IMG/VR virus record: IMGVR_UViG_3300042465_005589
Coordinates: 124,001 to 188,000 of that record
Direction: 5' to 3' (one strand)
DNA length: 64,000 bases
Shown here: positions 36,838 to 45,744 of the stretch, in pieces
How the letters are laid out: the number at the start of each line of letters is the position of its first letter
Position numbering within the stretch: the stretch's first letter is position 1
The notes under the pieces: model-generated
Databases searched by the model: none
Told to the model about the DNA's origin: nothing
The model's input: the letters and a program-made list of their open reading frames with translations, nothing else
Made by a program: the position numbers and the translations under genes

Positions 36838-37223
36838 ATATAATCATTAGTTATTTGAGCAACATTTAATCCTGTGTTTTCTTCAAACCATTCCTTAAAT
36901 ACCGGTAACCATCTATCACCAAATAAAGATGTTAGTTCTTGACCAACTCTCGGATATATAGATAGTAAAGGACATTTATAATTATGTAAGTGACCATAAC
37001 CAGCAAAGAATTCATCTTCCGGACCAGCATTTGCGTTACACCCATAGTAAATGTAGCTATCAGCATCATCTATAAAGAAAACAATATCACCCCACTTATC
37101 AACATCTCTTTGATATGAACCGTGTCTTGTATTTTCATTCCACCCATAATCCGGATAAAATTCTTTGTCTAAATACTTACGTATAATCTGATTAACTTTA
37201 TTTTCTGATATAATTACTTTCAT
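36834..37223 (-). CDS. leader-bearing family-domain protein
   Basis: MKVIISENK; FGDRWLPVFKEWFEENTGLNV. Confidence 0.8.
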   Translation of the reverse strand: MKVIISENKVNQIIRKYLDKEFYPDYGWNENTRHGSYQRDVDKWGDIVFFIDDADSYIYYGCNANAGPEDEFFAGYGHLHNYKCPLLSIYPRVGQELTSLFGDRWLPVFKEWFEENTGLNVAQITNDYI

Positions 37224-37831
37224 TCTTTTATAATTCTAAATCTCAATAATGGTTTACCATTAATTGTGATGTCACCTTTATCATTTTTTTCTATTGTCTT
37301 AACAATAACTTTTTTGTTTTTAAATTTACCCCCCATTAGAGTATCACCAACTTTAATATCTAACTTAATCATTTCACTTAATGTTAATTCTTCTTCATCA
37401 TGATGATTCCAAGTATCACCACCTGTTCCTTTGTATATTAATCTAACGGCATTCGCCGGAATATCCCCAAAGGTAACGATATGTTTAGTATCACCACCCT
37501 CAAAATGAGCGTCTTTATACCATTGCACACCAGCTCTTTCAGTATCAATCACCCATATGTCATCATCATAAGTTGAATCAAACATATCTTTCTTCTTTAA
37601 ACTATCTGTTGCAAACACAGCAGGAATACATTCTTCATCTTCACCATAATTACTATCGGCATAAATCAAATAACATTCCCCCAAAGATACCTGAAGACCT
37701 GTAGTTGAAATATTATCTCTATTTGATGGATTTGATGAATGAACAATAAATCTTCCGGGAGTAATCTCTTCCCCCTTCACTCGTTGTTCTTGTAGTTTTC
37801 TATATTGTGTTTCTGTTATAATTACTTTCAT
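37220..37831 (-). CDS. leader-bearing ADP-ribosyltransferase-fold-like protein
   Basis: FIVHSS...NISTTGL...PAVFAT...YDDDIWVIDT...GDIPANAVRLI; extra C-terminal module IKVGDTLMGGKFKNK. Confidence 0.55.
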   Translation of the reverse strand: MKVIITETQYRKLQEQRVKGEEITPGRFIVHSSNPSNRDNISTTGLQVSLGECYLIYADSNYGEDEECIPAVFATDSLKKKDMFDSTYDDDIWVIDTERAGVQWYKDAHFEGGDTKHIVTFGDIPANAVRLIYKGTGGDTWNHHDEEELTLSEMIKLDIKVGDTLMGGKFKNKKVIVKTIEKNDKGDITINGKPLLRFRIIKE

Positions 37832-38139
37832 TAGTCCCTTACCATTTTAACTTCCATACCCCAACTTGCACCATATGTATTAATATAAAGACCAAACATT
37901 GAATTAATATCATTTCTTATTTGTCTAGCCATATAACTTGGACTATGTGTCATCTTACCATCAATGAAGTCAATGTTTAGTATATTTCTAACAATATCAT
38001 TCTCACCTTTTTCATTTGGTTCACCGGCTAAACGAATTAACTTTGTTGTAAAAAACACCCTTTTAACCATAGGATATCCTTTAAGAATATATTTCTCAAT
38101 TGAACTATTTAACCTATTTTCTGTGATTATTACTTTCAT
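37831..38139 (-). CDS. leader-bearing hypothetical protein
   Basis: MKVIITENRL. Confidence 0.8.
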   Translation of the reverse strand: MKVIITENRLNSSIEKYILKGYPMVKRVFFTTKLIRLAGEPNEKGENDIVRNILNIDFIDGKMTHSPSYMARQIRNDINSMFGLYINTYGASWGMEVKMVRD

Positions 38140-38732
38140 TATGTACCTATATTATTCAATCGTGCGTTATAAACACTTCTGTAGTCAGATTTTAGTTTAT
38201 CATCAGGTAATTCTTCCAATTCACTTCTTCTTTTTAATGTTTGAGTATCTAAATAATCAATCATATATTCTCTACTCAACTTATCAGTATCAACCATCTC
38301 ATAACATTTACGAGGGTCATCAGTTTCCAAAGTTTCATAAATTTCAAATTCCGGATGACCGGTCTCTTGTCCAAATTTGGGTGTGTATCTATCATCATAC
38401 CATTCGGTTATCACATTATAAATAAATGTCTTTCTAACCTGTAACATTTTGGATAAAAACTCAATCTCCTCCGCATCAACATACAAATCACCTGTGAAAA
38501 ATTCATCAGTTTCATCATCAATATGATATCTGGCTTCAATAACTTTCTTACCACCTTTACACCACTCTTCAATAAAGATACCATAGTTATCTTCAGGTGG
38601 TGGAATAATTCTTTTTGAATTGGAGATTATACTCTCCATATGTTTAATAATAATACGTTCAAAGTTCGGATTAGATTTTGTAAATCTCTTCTGAACTTCC
38701 TCTCGTAATATTTTTCTAATTAAATTTTTCAT
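38139..38732 (-). CDS. leader-bearing hypothetical protein
   Basis: MKNLIRKILREE. Confidence 0.8.
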   Translation of the reverse strand: MKNLIRKILREEVQKRFTKSNPNFERIIIKHMESIISNSKRIIPPPEDNYGIFIEEWCKGGKKVIEARYHIDDETDEFFTGDLYVDAEEIEFLSKMLQVRKTFIYNVITEWYDDRYTPKFGQETGHPEFEIYETLETDDPRKCYEMVDTDKLSREYMIDYLDTQTLKRRSELEELPDDKLKSDYRSVYNARLNNIGT

Positions 38733-38733
38733 A

Positions 38734-39063
38734 TTAGTTTAATATATGTTTATTTACGTGATGAACTTTTTCAACCGGTAACTCAAAAAACTCCGAGAAC
38801 CATTTACCAACTAACCTTTTTACTTCAGGTGGAGTATAACTAAAATATGTAATTGGTTTTACCACATCTTCACAAATATATAACGTTTTATTTCTATCAC
38901 CATAAAGCATAATAACACCATCACCATTACGAAATTCGATTTTTTTTTGTTCTCCAACACTATCTGTCATATAACTAACATCTTCATACATATTAGAGAA
39001 GGCTTTATCTAATTCTTTTTTAGCTAATTGGTCTCTTCGGCTTTCTATTATCAAAATCTTCAT
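38734..39063 (-). CDS. leader-bearing family-domain protein
   Basis: Start MKILIIESR; GKWFSEFFELPVEKV. Confidence 0.8.
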   Translation of the reverse strand: MKILIIESRRDQLAKKELDKAFSNMYEDVSYMTDSVGEQKKIEFRNGDGVIMLYGDRNKTLYICEDVVKPITYFSYTPPEVKRLVGKWFSEFFELPVEKVHHVNKHILN

Positions 39064-39114
39064 ATTAATAAATATCATATAAATTAAAAACCCCCACGTT
39101 TGTGAGGGTTATTA

Positions 39115-39309
39115 TTATTGGATGTTGATTTCAGTATATTCTTCATCAGCACCATCATATTCTTCCTTTGTGGATTTGAGTAAGACGTAACCATTATCAG
39201 CAACATAGTCCAACACCGCCACCTCATTCTCTGTATCAATCTCCATAGCAATATATCCTACGAGCTCACCATCTATTGTCTCTATCTTCGCATAATTATA
39301 CTCTGACAT
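39115..39309 (-). CDS. small acidic protein
   Basis: 64-aa ORF. Confidence 0.7.
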   Translation of the reverse strand: MSEYNYAKIETIDGELVGYIAMEIDTENEVAVLDYVADNGYVLLKSTKEEYDGADEEYTEINIQ

Positions 39310-39644
39310 TACAATACTTCAGTCAATATTCTCCAACTCTTTAACATATTTCCATCAAGGGTTACCTCAACCGGCTTTCCTTTTAATTTGTCAACTGAAT
39401 CGACCTTAGCGTCTTTGAGTAAAGATGAAATATATCTCATAATCTCAGCGTACCAACCATCTCTGTCTTCTTCAGACCATTTACTATGTTCTGACCACTT
39501 TATTTGTTCCGCATCCCAATTTGATTTTGTATCTCCAACACCCCAACTCCCATTACCTAGTGTAACGTGAAGCCCTAACATTGCTCCTTGATATCCACCA
39601 AGACCAAAACTTACCGACTCAATTTTTCCTAATTTCTTTTCCAT
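39309..39644 (-). CDS. conserved phage hypothetical protein
   Basis: KLGKIESVSFGLGGYQ...LKGKPVEV. Confidence 0.8.
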   Translation of the reverse strand: MEKKLGKIESVSFGLGGYQGAMLGLHVTLGNGSWGVGDTKSNWDAEQIKWSEHSKWSEEDRDGWYAEIMRYISSLLKDAKVDSVDKLKGKPVEVTLDGNMLKSWRILTEVL

Positions 39645-39646
39645 AA

Positions 39647-40255
39647 TTAATCTTTTAATCGTTCACCTGTTTCTTTAACTTTGAATTGTGATAGGTTGTT
39701 TGTACCACTACCACCTTTAACTCCCTTAACGAATTTTACCACTCCGTTATTATATAACTTGTTTGGTGTATCAAAATACTCCCCATTGAAGACCAACATC
39801 CCCTTTGTTGTTAGTATCACTTCATAATCATTCCCCAAATAAGTTCTGATTAATACTGTATCTTTACCAAATCCATTTGCCAAGTCAATTAATCTTGTGT
39901 CCGGAGTTGATTGTAACGATTCTCTCGATTCTTTAATCTCATTGATGTCACACACAACTCCACCATACGTATTCATAAAGTTAATGAACTCACCGGTTAA
40001 TGTGTCCTCATCATCTTTAAACCACTCACCAAATACTCTACGACTATCCAATATGGAATGTAACATCTTCTCAACTTTATTCATATCATCAACCTTATAC
40101 ACAGCAATGATTGAATAACCTATTGGTGACTTGGTCCTATTAAGTTGATATTCTCTCGATACAGGGTCTTTGGACAATCCAATTTTCTTATCCGATAATG
40201 TTAAGGTTCTACCCAACACATCGTAGTATTGACCTAAATAAATGTAACCTTCCAT
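39647..40255 (-). CDS. T5orf172 (GIY-YIG-like) nuclease with possible C-terminal RAMA-like domain
   Basis: GYIYL...KIGLSKDPVSREYQL...EKMLHSILDSRRVFGEWF; C-terminal FNGEYFDTPN...GTNN. Confidence 0.75.
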   Translation of the reverse strand: MEGYIYLGQYYDVLGRTLTLSDKKIGLSKDPVSREYQLNRTKSPIGYSIIAVYKVDDMNKVEKMLHSILDSRRVFGEWFKDDEDTLTGEFINFMNTYGGVVCDINEIKESRESLQSTPDTRLIDLANGFGKDTVLIRTYLGNDYEVILTTKGMLVFNGEYFDTPNKLYNNGVVKFVKGVKGGSGTNNLSQFKVKETGERLKD

Positions 40256-40509
40256 TACTTTCCTCTATTTTTACTTACAAAATCTATTAATTCATTTGCC
40301 AATCTCAACGCCTCATCATAAGACATATATAATCTTGCTGAACCCGGTTCTTCCACCTCAACGATGTTTAAGACAACCGAATTCTGTGCCGGACTTGGTT
40401 GGATGATTGCCTCTTGGTAACCTCCATCCATTACTAATTTAGTTTCTACCCACATATTATTCAATTGATTTATATAATTTATCTCTACGTTCCTGAGCAT
40501 CTTTCTCAA
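40255..40509 (-). CDS. hypothetical protein
   Basis: ORF in operon; the true start may be the internal Met. Confidence 0.65.
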   Translation of the reverse strand: MRKMLRNVEINYINQLNNMWVETKLVMDGGYQEAIIQPSPAQNSVVLNIVEVEEPGSARLYMSYDEALRLANELIDFVSKNRGK

Positions 40510-40873
40510 TAAGATATACTCTCATATCATTCATAGCTTTTCTTAATCGTCTTGACTTATTACTAAACGGATTATGATACACCCAAAATGGAATTTCCCA
40601 CGCAAATTCACCATCAATATAAGCACTAACGTAGTCCCTATCAGAAAAAGATAAAGTCCCTTCGTTTGTTGTTGGATATTTTGGACTATAGTAATCCACA
40701 AAACATCCATCCATTCCACACATCACTTCTCTCTCCCAAAGTTCTTTATCATTCTCTAATGACCCAATAATACGATTAACATATTTCTCGTTAATCTCCT
40801 TCATAGTTAAACCCTGAGGTTTATCACCCATTTCATTCGCTGTGTAAGAATACTCACTCATAATCGTCTTCAC
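40457..40873 (-). CDS. hypothetical protein
   Basis: 138-aa ORF. Confidence 0.7.
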   Translation of the reverse strand: MKTIMSEYSYTANEMGDKPQGLTMKEINEKYVNRIIGSLENDKELWEREVMCGMDGCFVDYYSPKYPTTNEGTLSFSDRDYVSAYIDGEFAWEIPFWVYHNPFSNKSRRLRKAMNDMRVYLIEKDAQERRDKLYKSIE

Positions 40874-41360
40874 TTTTTTTTATTGAAACAGGCTCTTCGT
40901 AGTCCCACTCAATTGTTTCTAATTCATTTCTCCACCCAAGAATATCTTGTTCTGTCCACATCGGAGCAAAGGTTGGTCTTGAATGGAATGGAATGTTATC
41001 TCTATCTTTCCATTTTGACAACCTCTCCTCAGCACTTTTTATTGAAGATATTAATTTCTCACTATCTTTCCACTTACGGTATTGTTCCTCCGATTTGATG
41101 TAGTTAACCTCACCGTAGTTATTAATATCTGCATCCGGATTGGTTGTATATACATCCACAATACCATCATAACCATCGTAATCGGCACACAAATCATTCA
41201 CAGCAAGTTCATTGGTGTATTTATTCACCCAATTTTTACCATACGACCTAATCTCACAGATATAAACAAAATCATCATTACGAGTTTGTAAATAATAACC
41301 AATCTTATTTTGAAGTTCTCTTAATTCTTCTACCGAGTATTTTGTAAAGTCCATTTCCAT
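40854..41360 (-). CDS. hypothetical protein
   Basis: Start MEMDF 4 nt after the promoter at 41365. Confidence 0.75.
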   Translation of the reverse strand: MEMDFTKYSVEELRELQNKIGYYLQTRNDDFVYICEIRSYGKNWVNKYTNELAVNDLCADYDGYDGIVDVYTTNPDADINNYGEVNYIKSEEQYRKWKDSEKLISSIKSAEERLSKWKDRDNIPFHSRPTFAPMWTEQDILGWRNELETIEWDYEEPVSIKKSEDDYE

Positions 41361-41412
41361 AGCACAAATGTAGGCATAAAAAAAGGAACTACAAAATAGT
41401 TCCTTACTTTTT

Positions 41413-41787
41413 TTACTTTTTATTGAAGTCAGTATTACTAACATACTTCATGTCCCGGATTTCGTCAGGATATATTACACTCTTAAATCTTTTAGTGAAT
41501 TTTTTATATATTCTTTTAATAATTTCATCTTTAATTATATCATATAATTTATATGAACTAACCCATACACTAACCAAATCATAAAACTTTTCATCATTCA
41601 CCACAACTCTATTTATGTCAGGGTAATATCTTGAAATAACATCACGTCTATTTCCCGGAGTCAGAAATTCCACATAACGTAAATTAATACTTCTTGTTTG
41701 AAACGAATCTCTACTATCCACACCAATACTATTAACTATGGTATCAATTATTTTTTCTAATTTCTCTTCACTAATTTTAATTTCCAT
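41413..41787 (-). CDS. leader-bearing hypothetical protein
   Basis: MEIKISEEKL. Confidence 0.75.
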   Translation of the reverse strand: MEIKISEEKLEKIIDTIVNSIGVDSRDSFQTRSINLRYVEFLTPGNRRDVISRYYPDINRVVVNDEKFYDLVSVWVSSYKLYDIIKDEIIKRIYKKFTKRFKSVIYPDEIRDMKYVSNTDFNKK

Positions 41788-41899
41788 ATCTATAAATATA
41801 ACATGAGGGTAAAAATTACCCCCGTCTTTTGAACGAGGGTAATTATTTTATTTTTTTACTCTCATTAAATAAAAAACCCATCCGGAGATGGGTTTGATA

Positions 41900-42013
41900 T
41901 TAGTACTTATCTTTGTTGTGTTTTGGTTTTCGATTGTAAGCTTTTTTACTTTTTTGAACAGATGGACGAGATGCTGCCCATATTTCTTGCATTGTGAAGG
42001 TAATTGTTTTCAT
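41900..42013 (-). CDS. ArfA-like small basic peptide (37 aa)
   Basis: MKTITFTMQEIWAASRPSVQKSKKAYNRKPKHNKDKY; own promoter (42056) and terminator (~41875). Confidence 0.55.
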   Translation of the reverse strand: MKTITFTMQEIWAASRPSVQKSKKAYNRKPKHNKDKY

Positions 42014-42116
42014 AGTTTCTGTATGTGTTAAGGTTATTGTTTCATTTTGACAAGACAAAAGTAATTCTTTTAATCGAATTATACAAGTATTTATTAAAAT
42101 ATTTATATTTATTATT

Positions 42117-42602
42117 ATGAAAGAATTAATTAGACGGATATTAAGAGAATATACAGAACCAAAACCTATTTTAGTATACGAAATTGTTGTAAACGATATT
42201 TTAAGTGAACAAGAGTTTATTAGACAAATATATAGAAATAACGACAATTTAATTAATTTATATAAAAACCCACATTCTCAGGAATTCATAGGAAATAAAA
42301 CCTCATTTCAAAGAGTTGACCCAGATGAGATTAACGATTCAATAATGGATATTGAACCGGCAATAATCAGTTCAGCTAAAAGAGTAATGGAAACATGTAT
42401 TACAAGATGTTCAATTAATGTTATCGATAATATAGCAGGAATTGATTACCACATGTGGTTAAATGGAACAAATAATAGGATTAAAATAATAATTAACACA
42501 TCAATCAGACATCCCAACCATCTAAAATTTAGAGTTAATGAATCTCCAACAATAATAGTGGATAGGTACGGTGACATATCAACAAGAAACATATATAATT
42601 AA
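42117..42602 (+). CDS. leader-bearing hypothetical protein
   Basis: MKELIRRILRE. Confidence 0.8.
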   Translation: MKELIRRILREYTEPKPILVYEIVVNDILSEQEFIRQIYRNNDNLINLYKNPHSQEFIGNKTSFQRVDPDEINDSIMDIEPAIISSAKRVMETCITRCSINVIDNIAGIDYHMWLNGTNNRIKIIINTSIRHPNHLKFRVNESPTIIVDRYGDISTRNIYN

Positions 42603-42630
42603 AAAAGGTCCCCGAAGGAACCTTTTTTTT
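42601..42630. terminator. bidirectional intrinsic terminator
   Basis: AAAAAAGGT-CCCGAAGGA-ACCTTTTTTT. Confidence 0.75.
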
Positions 42631-42784
42631 TATTTCACCATAAGTTGAGGTTGTTAACCCGAATCATAACACTTGATTCTTAGCAGTTAGGTTTTAGGAT
42701 TGCCTAACATTCCTTGTCACCATCTTTCGATGTATTTGGGTTTCCGCCCCTCTTTTTCGACATAATCTTTTATTCCTTATTTGT
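42631..42784 (-). ncRNA. candidate structured small RNA
   Basis: Between promoter 42789 and terminator 42601; longest ATG ORF seen is 19 aa; hairpins CATC-GAAA-GATG, GTTAGG...CCTAAC, GAATCA...TGATTC, GGTT-AAC-AACC. Confidence 0.4.
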
Positions 42785-43333
42785 TTGACAAAGATAATAC
42801 TTTTTTTAATACTACCAAACTTTTTTAAAGTTTTTTTTATTTATTATCTAATTAACTTTAATGTCAGTAGTTATACGTATCATACATTAAAAAAGTTACA
42901 AAAACATTCATTTCTTTTTCATTAATTCTTTAACAAATTCTTGTAGCTCAAATAGTTCAGGGTCCGTATCCAAAAGATAACGAGATTTCATATCATTATA
43001 GTTCTCTCGGATATCTGATATACACCATCCGAAGAACACAAACAATAATTTAACCTTTATTTTTATCTTTTTTAAACTCATCTTTAATAACAATTAACGC
43101 AAAAACACAAACAATACCAATCAATAATGGTAGTGGTGCAGAAGGGTCTAATGTTTCCATTATTCCTCCTTAGATTTCTTTTTATTCACTTTTTTTTTCT
43201 TGACCGATGGTTTAACAACCATTTCCTCTTGAGCAATTCGTTTAGGGGTTTTCTTCACTAAATAAAGAACAAGTGATACTAAAATCACAAGGGTTGCGGC
43301 AAGTGCAATGAATTTCATTTTTGTTGGGTTTGC

Positions 43334-43654
43334 TTATAGATTAGGGAAGATTAATACATCTTCATCGGATAAATAGTCGTCTATTTTGCTTTGTTTTCTA
43401 TTTTGATAAGTTTTTCCAATTTTTCTCATATTTTCACACTCTTCTTCCGAATATTCGTGAGTTATTCTATAAATAAGACCATCTTCACTAAGATTTAACG
43501 CAATTCCGTTCTCATTTCTAATGTGGGGAACTTCATATGAGACACAATTCTTGGTATCAACACAAATTGTATTAAAAACCTCACTAACAACACCTCTGTT
43601 TATCCCACCATACTTGGTAAATTGAACGTACTTATCCCCTTCTTTGAAATCCAT
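43334..43654 (-). CDS. hypothetical protein
   Basis: 106-aa ORF. Confidence 0.75.
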   Translation of the reverse strand: MDFKEGDKYVQFTKYGGINRGVVSEVFNTICVDTKNCVSYEVPHIRNENGIALNLSEDGLIYRITHEYSEEECENMRKIGKTYQNRKQSKIDDYLSDEDVLIFPNL

Positions 43655-43659
43655 CTTTT

Positions 43660-44058
43660 TTATTTACTAGGTTTACAAACATAGAACCACACATAGTCAC
43701 TGAATTCTACCGTTAACGACAGATATCCCGGACTACTTTTTAGTGCTCCCAAATAAATGTTACAAGTTCTACCTAATAAATCAGAGCAATACCATCTACT
43801 TGAACCATTCGATAATTTACCATCAAATTTAATTACGTGATATTCTTGTCTTGTTTGAGAATAAATTGTGATGTCAGTCTCGTTTAATTTAATTAAAATA
43901 TCACAATCTCTATATGTTGTTGTGTCCCAAGTCACTTTATTTTTAGAATCTTTACTACCCATTTCAAATGTCTCAGCTCTAACATAATAAGGAGCGTCTT
44001 GACCAAAGGTTAGTAATGTCGTAAGTAGTAATACGAATGTAATTAATAGTTTTTTCAT
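43660..44058 (-). CDS. exported protein
   Basis: Signal peptide MKKLLITFVLLLTTLLTFGQ. Confidence 0.75.
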   Translation of the reverse strand: MKKLLITFVLLLTTLLTFGQDAPYYVRAETFEMGSKDSKNKVTWDTTTYRDCDILIKLNETDITIYSQTRQEYHVIKFDGKLSNGSSRWYCSDLLGRTCNIYLGALKSSPGYLSLTVEFSDYVWFYVCKPSK

Positions 44059-44062
44059 TTTG

Positions 44063-44530
44063 TTATTTTAATAGTTGTATAATTGTTTCAATGATTGCCG
44101 ATAATATAATTCCTGTTAACACACCTAAAGCAAATCTATGTTGTTTCACAGGTTCCGGAGTAACCTCAACAGGTGTTGGTTTATTGTATTTCTTTCTGTA
44201 GTATGGTTTTTTCTTTTTAACCGGTTTATCTTCAGAGATTCCCAATATGGATTCTTTTACGATTTTAGGTGTTGGTTTTATTACCTTTTCAGGGTCTACA
44301 GTTACTCTTTTTTCTTTGTTGAATAATTCTCCTTCAACATGTTCGCTTAATTTTCTTGACGACATTTCTTTTGTTTTATTTATTAAATTTATTGGTGGTA
44401 GTGGGATAAACTTACTACCTTTTTTTGATGGCTTTAAAAAACTCCAATAGTTATTTTGGAAATCAATTAATTGCTTTCTATATTCATCCATTGATTGACC
44501 GGGATATGGTACAGGTAATAGTTTTCCCAT
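44063..44530 (-). CDS. hypothetical protein with C-terminal membrane anchor
   Basis: 155-aa ORF. Confidence 0.7.
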   Translation of the reverse strand: MGKLLPVPYPGQSMDEYRKQLIDFQNNYWSFLKPSKKGSKFIPLPPINLINKTKEMSSRKLSEHVEGELFNKEKRVTVDPEKVIKPTPKIVKESILGISEDKPVKKKKPYYRKKYNKPTPVEVTPEPVKQHRFALGVLTGIILSAIIETIIQLLK

Positions 44531-44676
44531 TAATGTTTTGATTTACTTGCTCCGATTACAAGAAAAAAAAGTGACGGTATGGCAAATACCGCACTAACAG
44601 AGAACATTAAAATTATACAACCTAAAGATAAAAGGTCGTATTTATTCTTTACTATAAAGTTTATTAAATTATCCAT
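44530..44676 (-). CDS. small membrane protein
   Basis: Start MDNLINF 4 nt after the promoter at 44681. Confidence 0.65.
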   Translation of the reverse strand: MDNLINFIVKNKYDLLSLGCIILMFSVSAVFAIPSLFFLVIGASKSKH

Positions 44677-44731
44677 AGCACAAAGATAAATAAAAAACCC
44701 CAAGAACTCAACTCTTAGGGTTATTTTTTTT

Positions 44732-44911
44732 TTAACATTTACAAATTCCATCACCACCTTTGGAAGGATTACAAACACATTCCCTCTTTGGTGTTCCCGT
44801 TTTTAGGGTATAATCCGGAAATAGTTTCATTAATGATTTAACCTCATCAACTTTTCCGATACTATCAATAATTGTGATAGTTTTCTCTTCTGTATTAATT
44901 TTATATTCCAC
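44732..44911 (-). CDS. small protein with C-terminal CxC...CxC motif (59 aa, GTG start)
   Basis: Hand-translated MEYKINTEEK...RECVCNPSKGGDGICKC. Confidence 0.6.
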   Translation of the reverse strand: MEYKINTEEKTITIIDSIGKVDEVKSLMKLFPDYTLKTGTPKRECVCNPSKGGDGICKC

Positions 44912-45023
44912 TGTACTGATTTATTACTAAGGCTCCGATAACAATTATTATAAACATAATTATTAACATTTTTGTCCCTCTTTTATATTCTTTTTCCATC
45001 TCCATATAATCTTTCTTTTTCAT
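44901..45023 (-). CDS. small membrane protein
   Basis: Likely start MKKKDY; one hydrophobic helix. Confidence 0.6.
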   Translation of the reverse strand: MKKKDYMEMEKEYKRGTKMLIIMFIIIVIGALVINQYSGI

Positions 45024-45024
45024 T

Positions 45025-45744
45025 TTATTTTTTGTGGAATTCAATAACTTCCCACACACCTTTTTTTGTCTCAACAAGAGCGGTACAATTTTCACACCAA
45101 TCCCCACTATTCATATAATTATCTTTTAACTCCGGTTGATGAATGTGTCCACATACGGCAACATCACATCCTTTTTTGTAAGCCAATAGTATTGCGTTAT
45201 GTTCAAAATCATTTATAAAGTTAACGGCTTTCTTAACACCATTCTTAATATCTTTAGAGATGGAATAATAAGGTAACCCTCTCATCTCACGATATTTGTT
45301 ATAAACTCTATTCATCCATAATGCTAAGTCATAACCTATTGAACCAATGTGAGCCAACCATTTTGCTTTGGTTATAAATACATCCAACACATCTCCGTGA
45401 AACACATACATCTTACGACCATCTATAGATGTGAAAGTATAATCCTCCGTGATTGTTAGATTGGATAATTGGAATGGAATAAAATCTTTTAGGAACTCAT
45501 CGTGATTTCCTCTGAGCCAAATAACATTCACACCTTTCTCACTCATCTTCATTATCTTTCTCAATACTTTGGTATGACTTTCCTTCCATTTCCCACCTCT
45601 TTTAAGAGCCCAACCATCTACGATATCACCATTTAAAATTAAGGTCTCTGTGGTGTTGTTTTCAAGAAATTCTACCACATCTTCAGCTCTACTTGATTTA
45701 GAACCCAAGTGAATGTCTGATAGAATTATTGTTTTATATTTCAT
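45025..45744 (-). CDS. metallophosphoesterase, LpxH/UDP-2,3-diacylglucosamine hydrolase-like
   Basis: SDIHLG, GDIVDGW, GNHD, HGD, GHIH, NSGDW. Confidence 0.9.
   Translation of the reverse strand: MKYKTIILSDIHLGSKSSRAEDVVEFLENNTTETLILNGDIVDGWALKRGGKWKESHTKVLRKIMKMSEKGVNVIWLRGNHDEFLKDFIPFQLSNLTITEDYTFTSIDGRKMYVFHGDVLDVFITKAKWLAHIGSIGYDLALWMNRVYNKYREMRGLPYYSISKDIKNGVKKAVNFINDFEHNAILLAYKKGCDVAVCGHIHQPELKDNYMNSGDWCENCTALVETKKGVWEVIEFHKK

Noticed and set aside
42700-42770. c-di-GMP-I riboswitch resemblance (GGAAAC...CATCGAAAGATGG.GAC)
   Set aside because: The spacing and second-stem consensus do not fit, and no gene lies downstream to regulate. Kept only as an unclassified RNA candidate.
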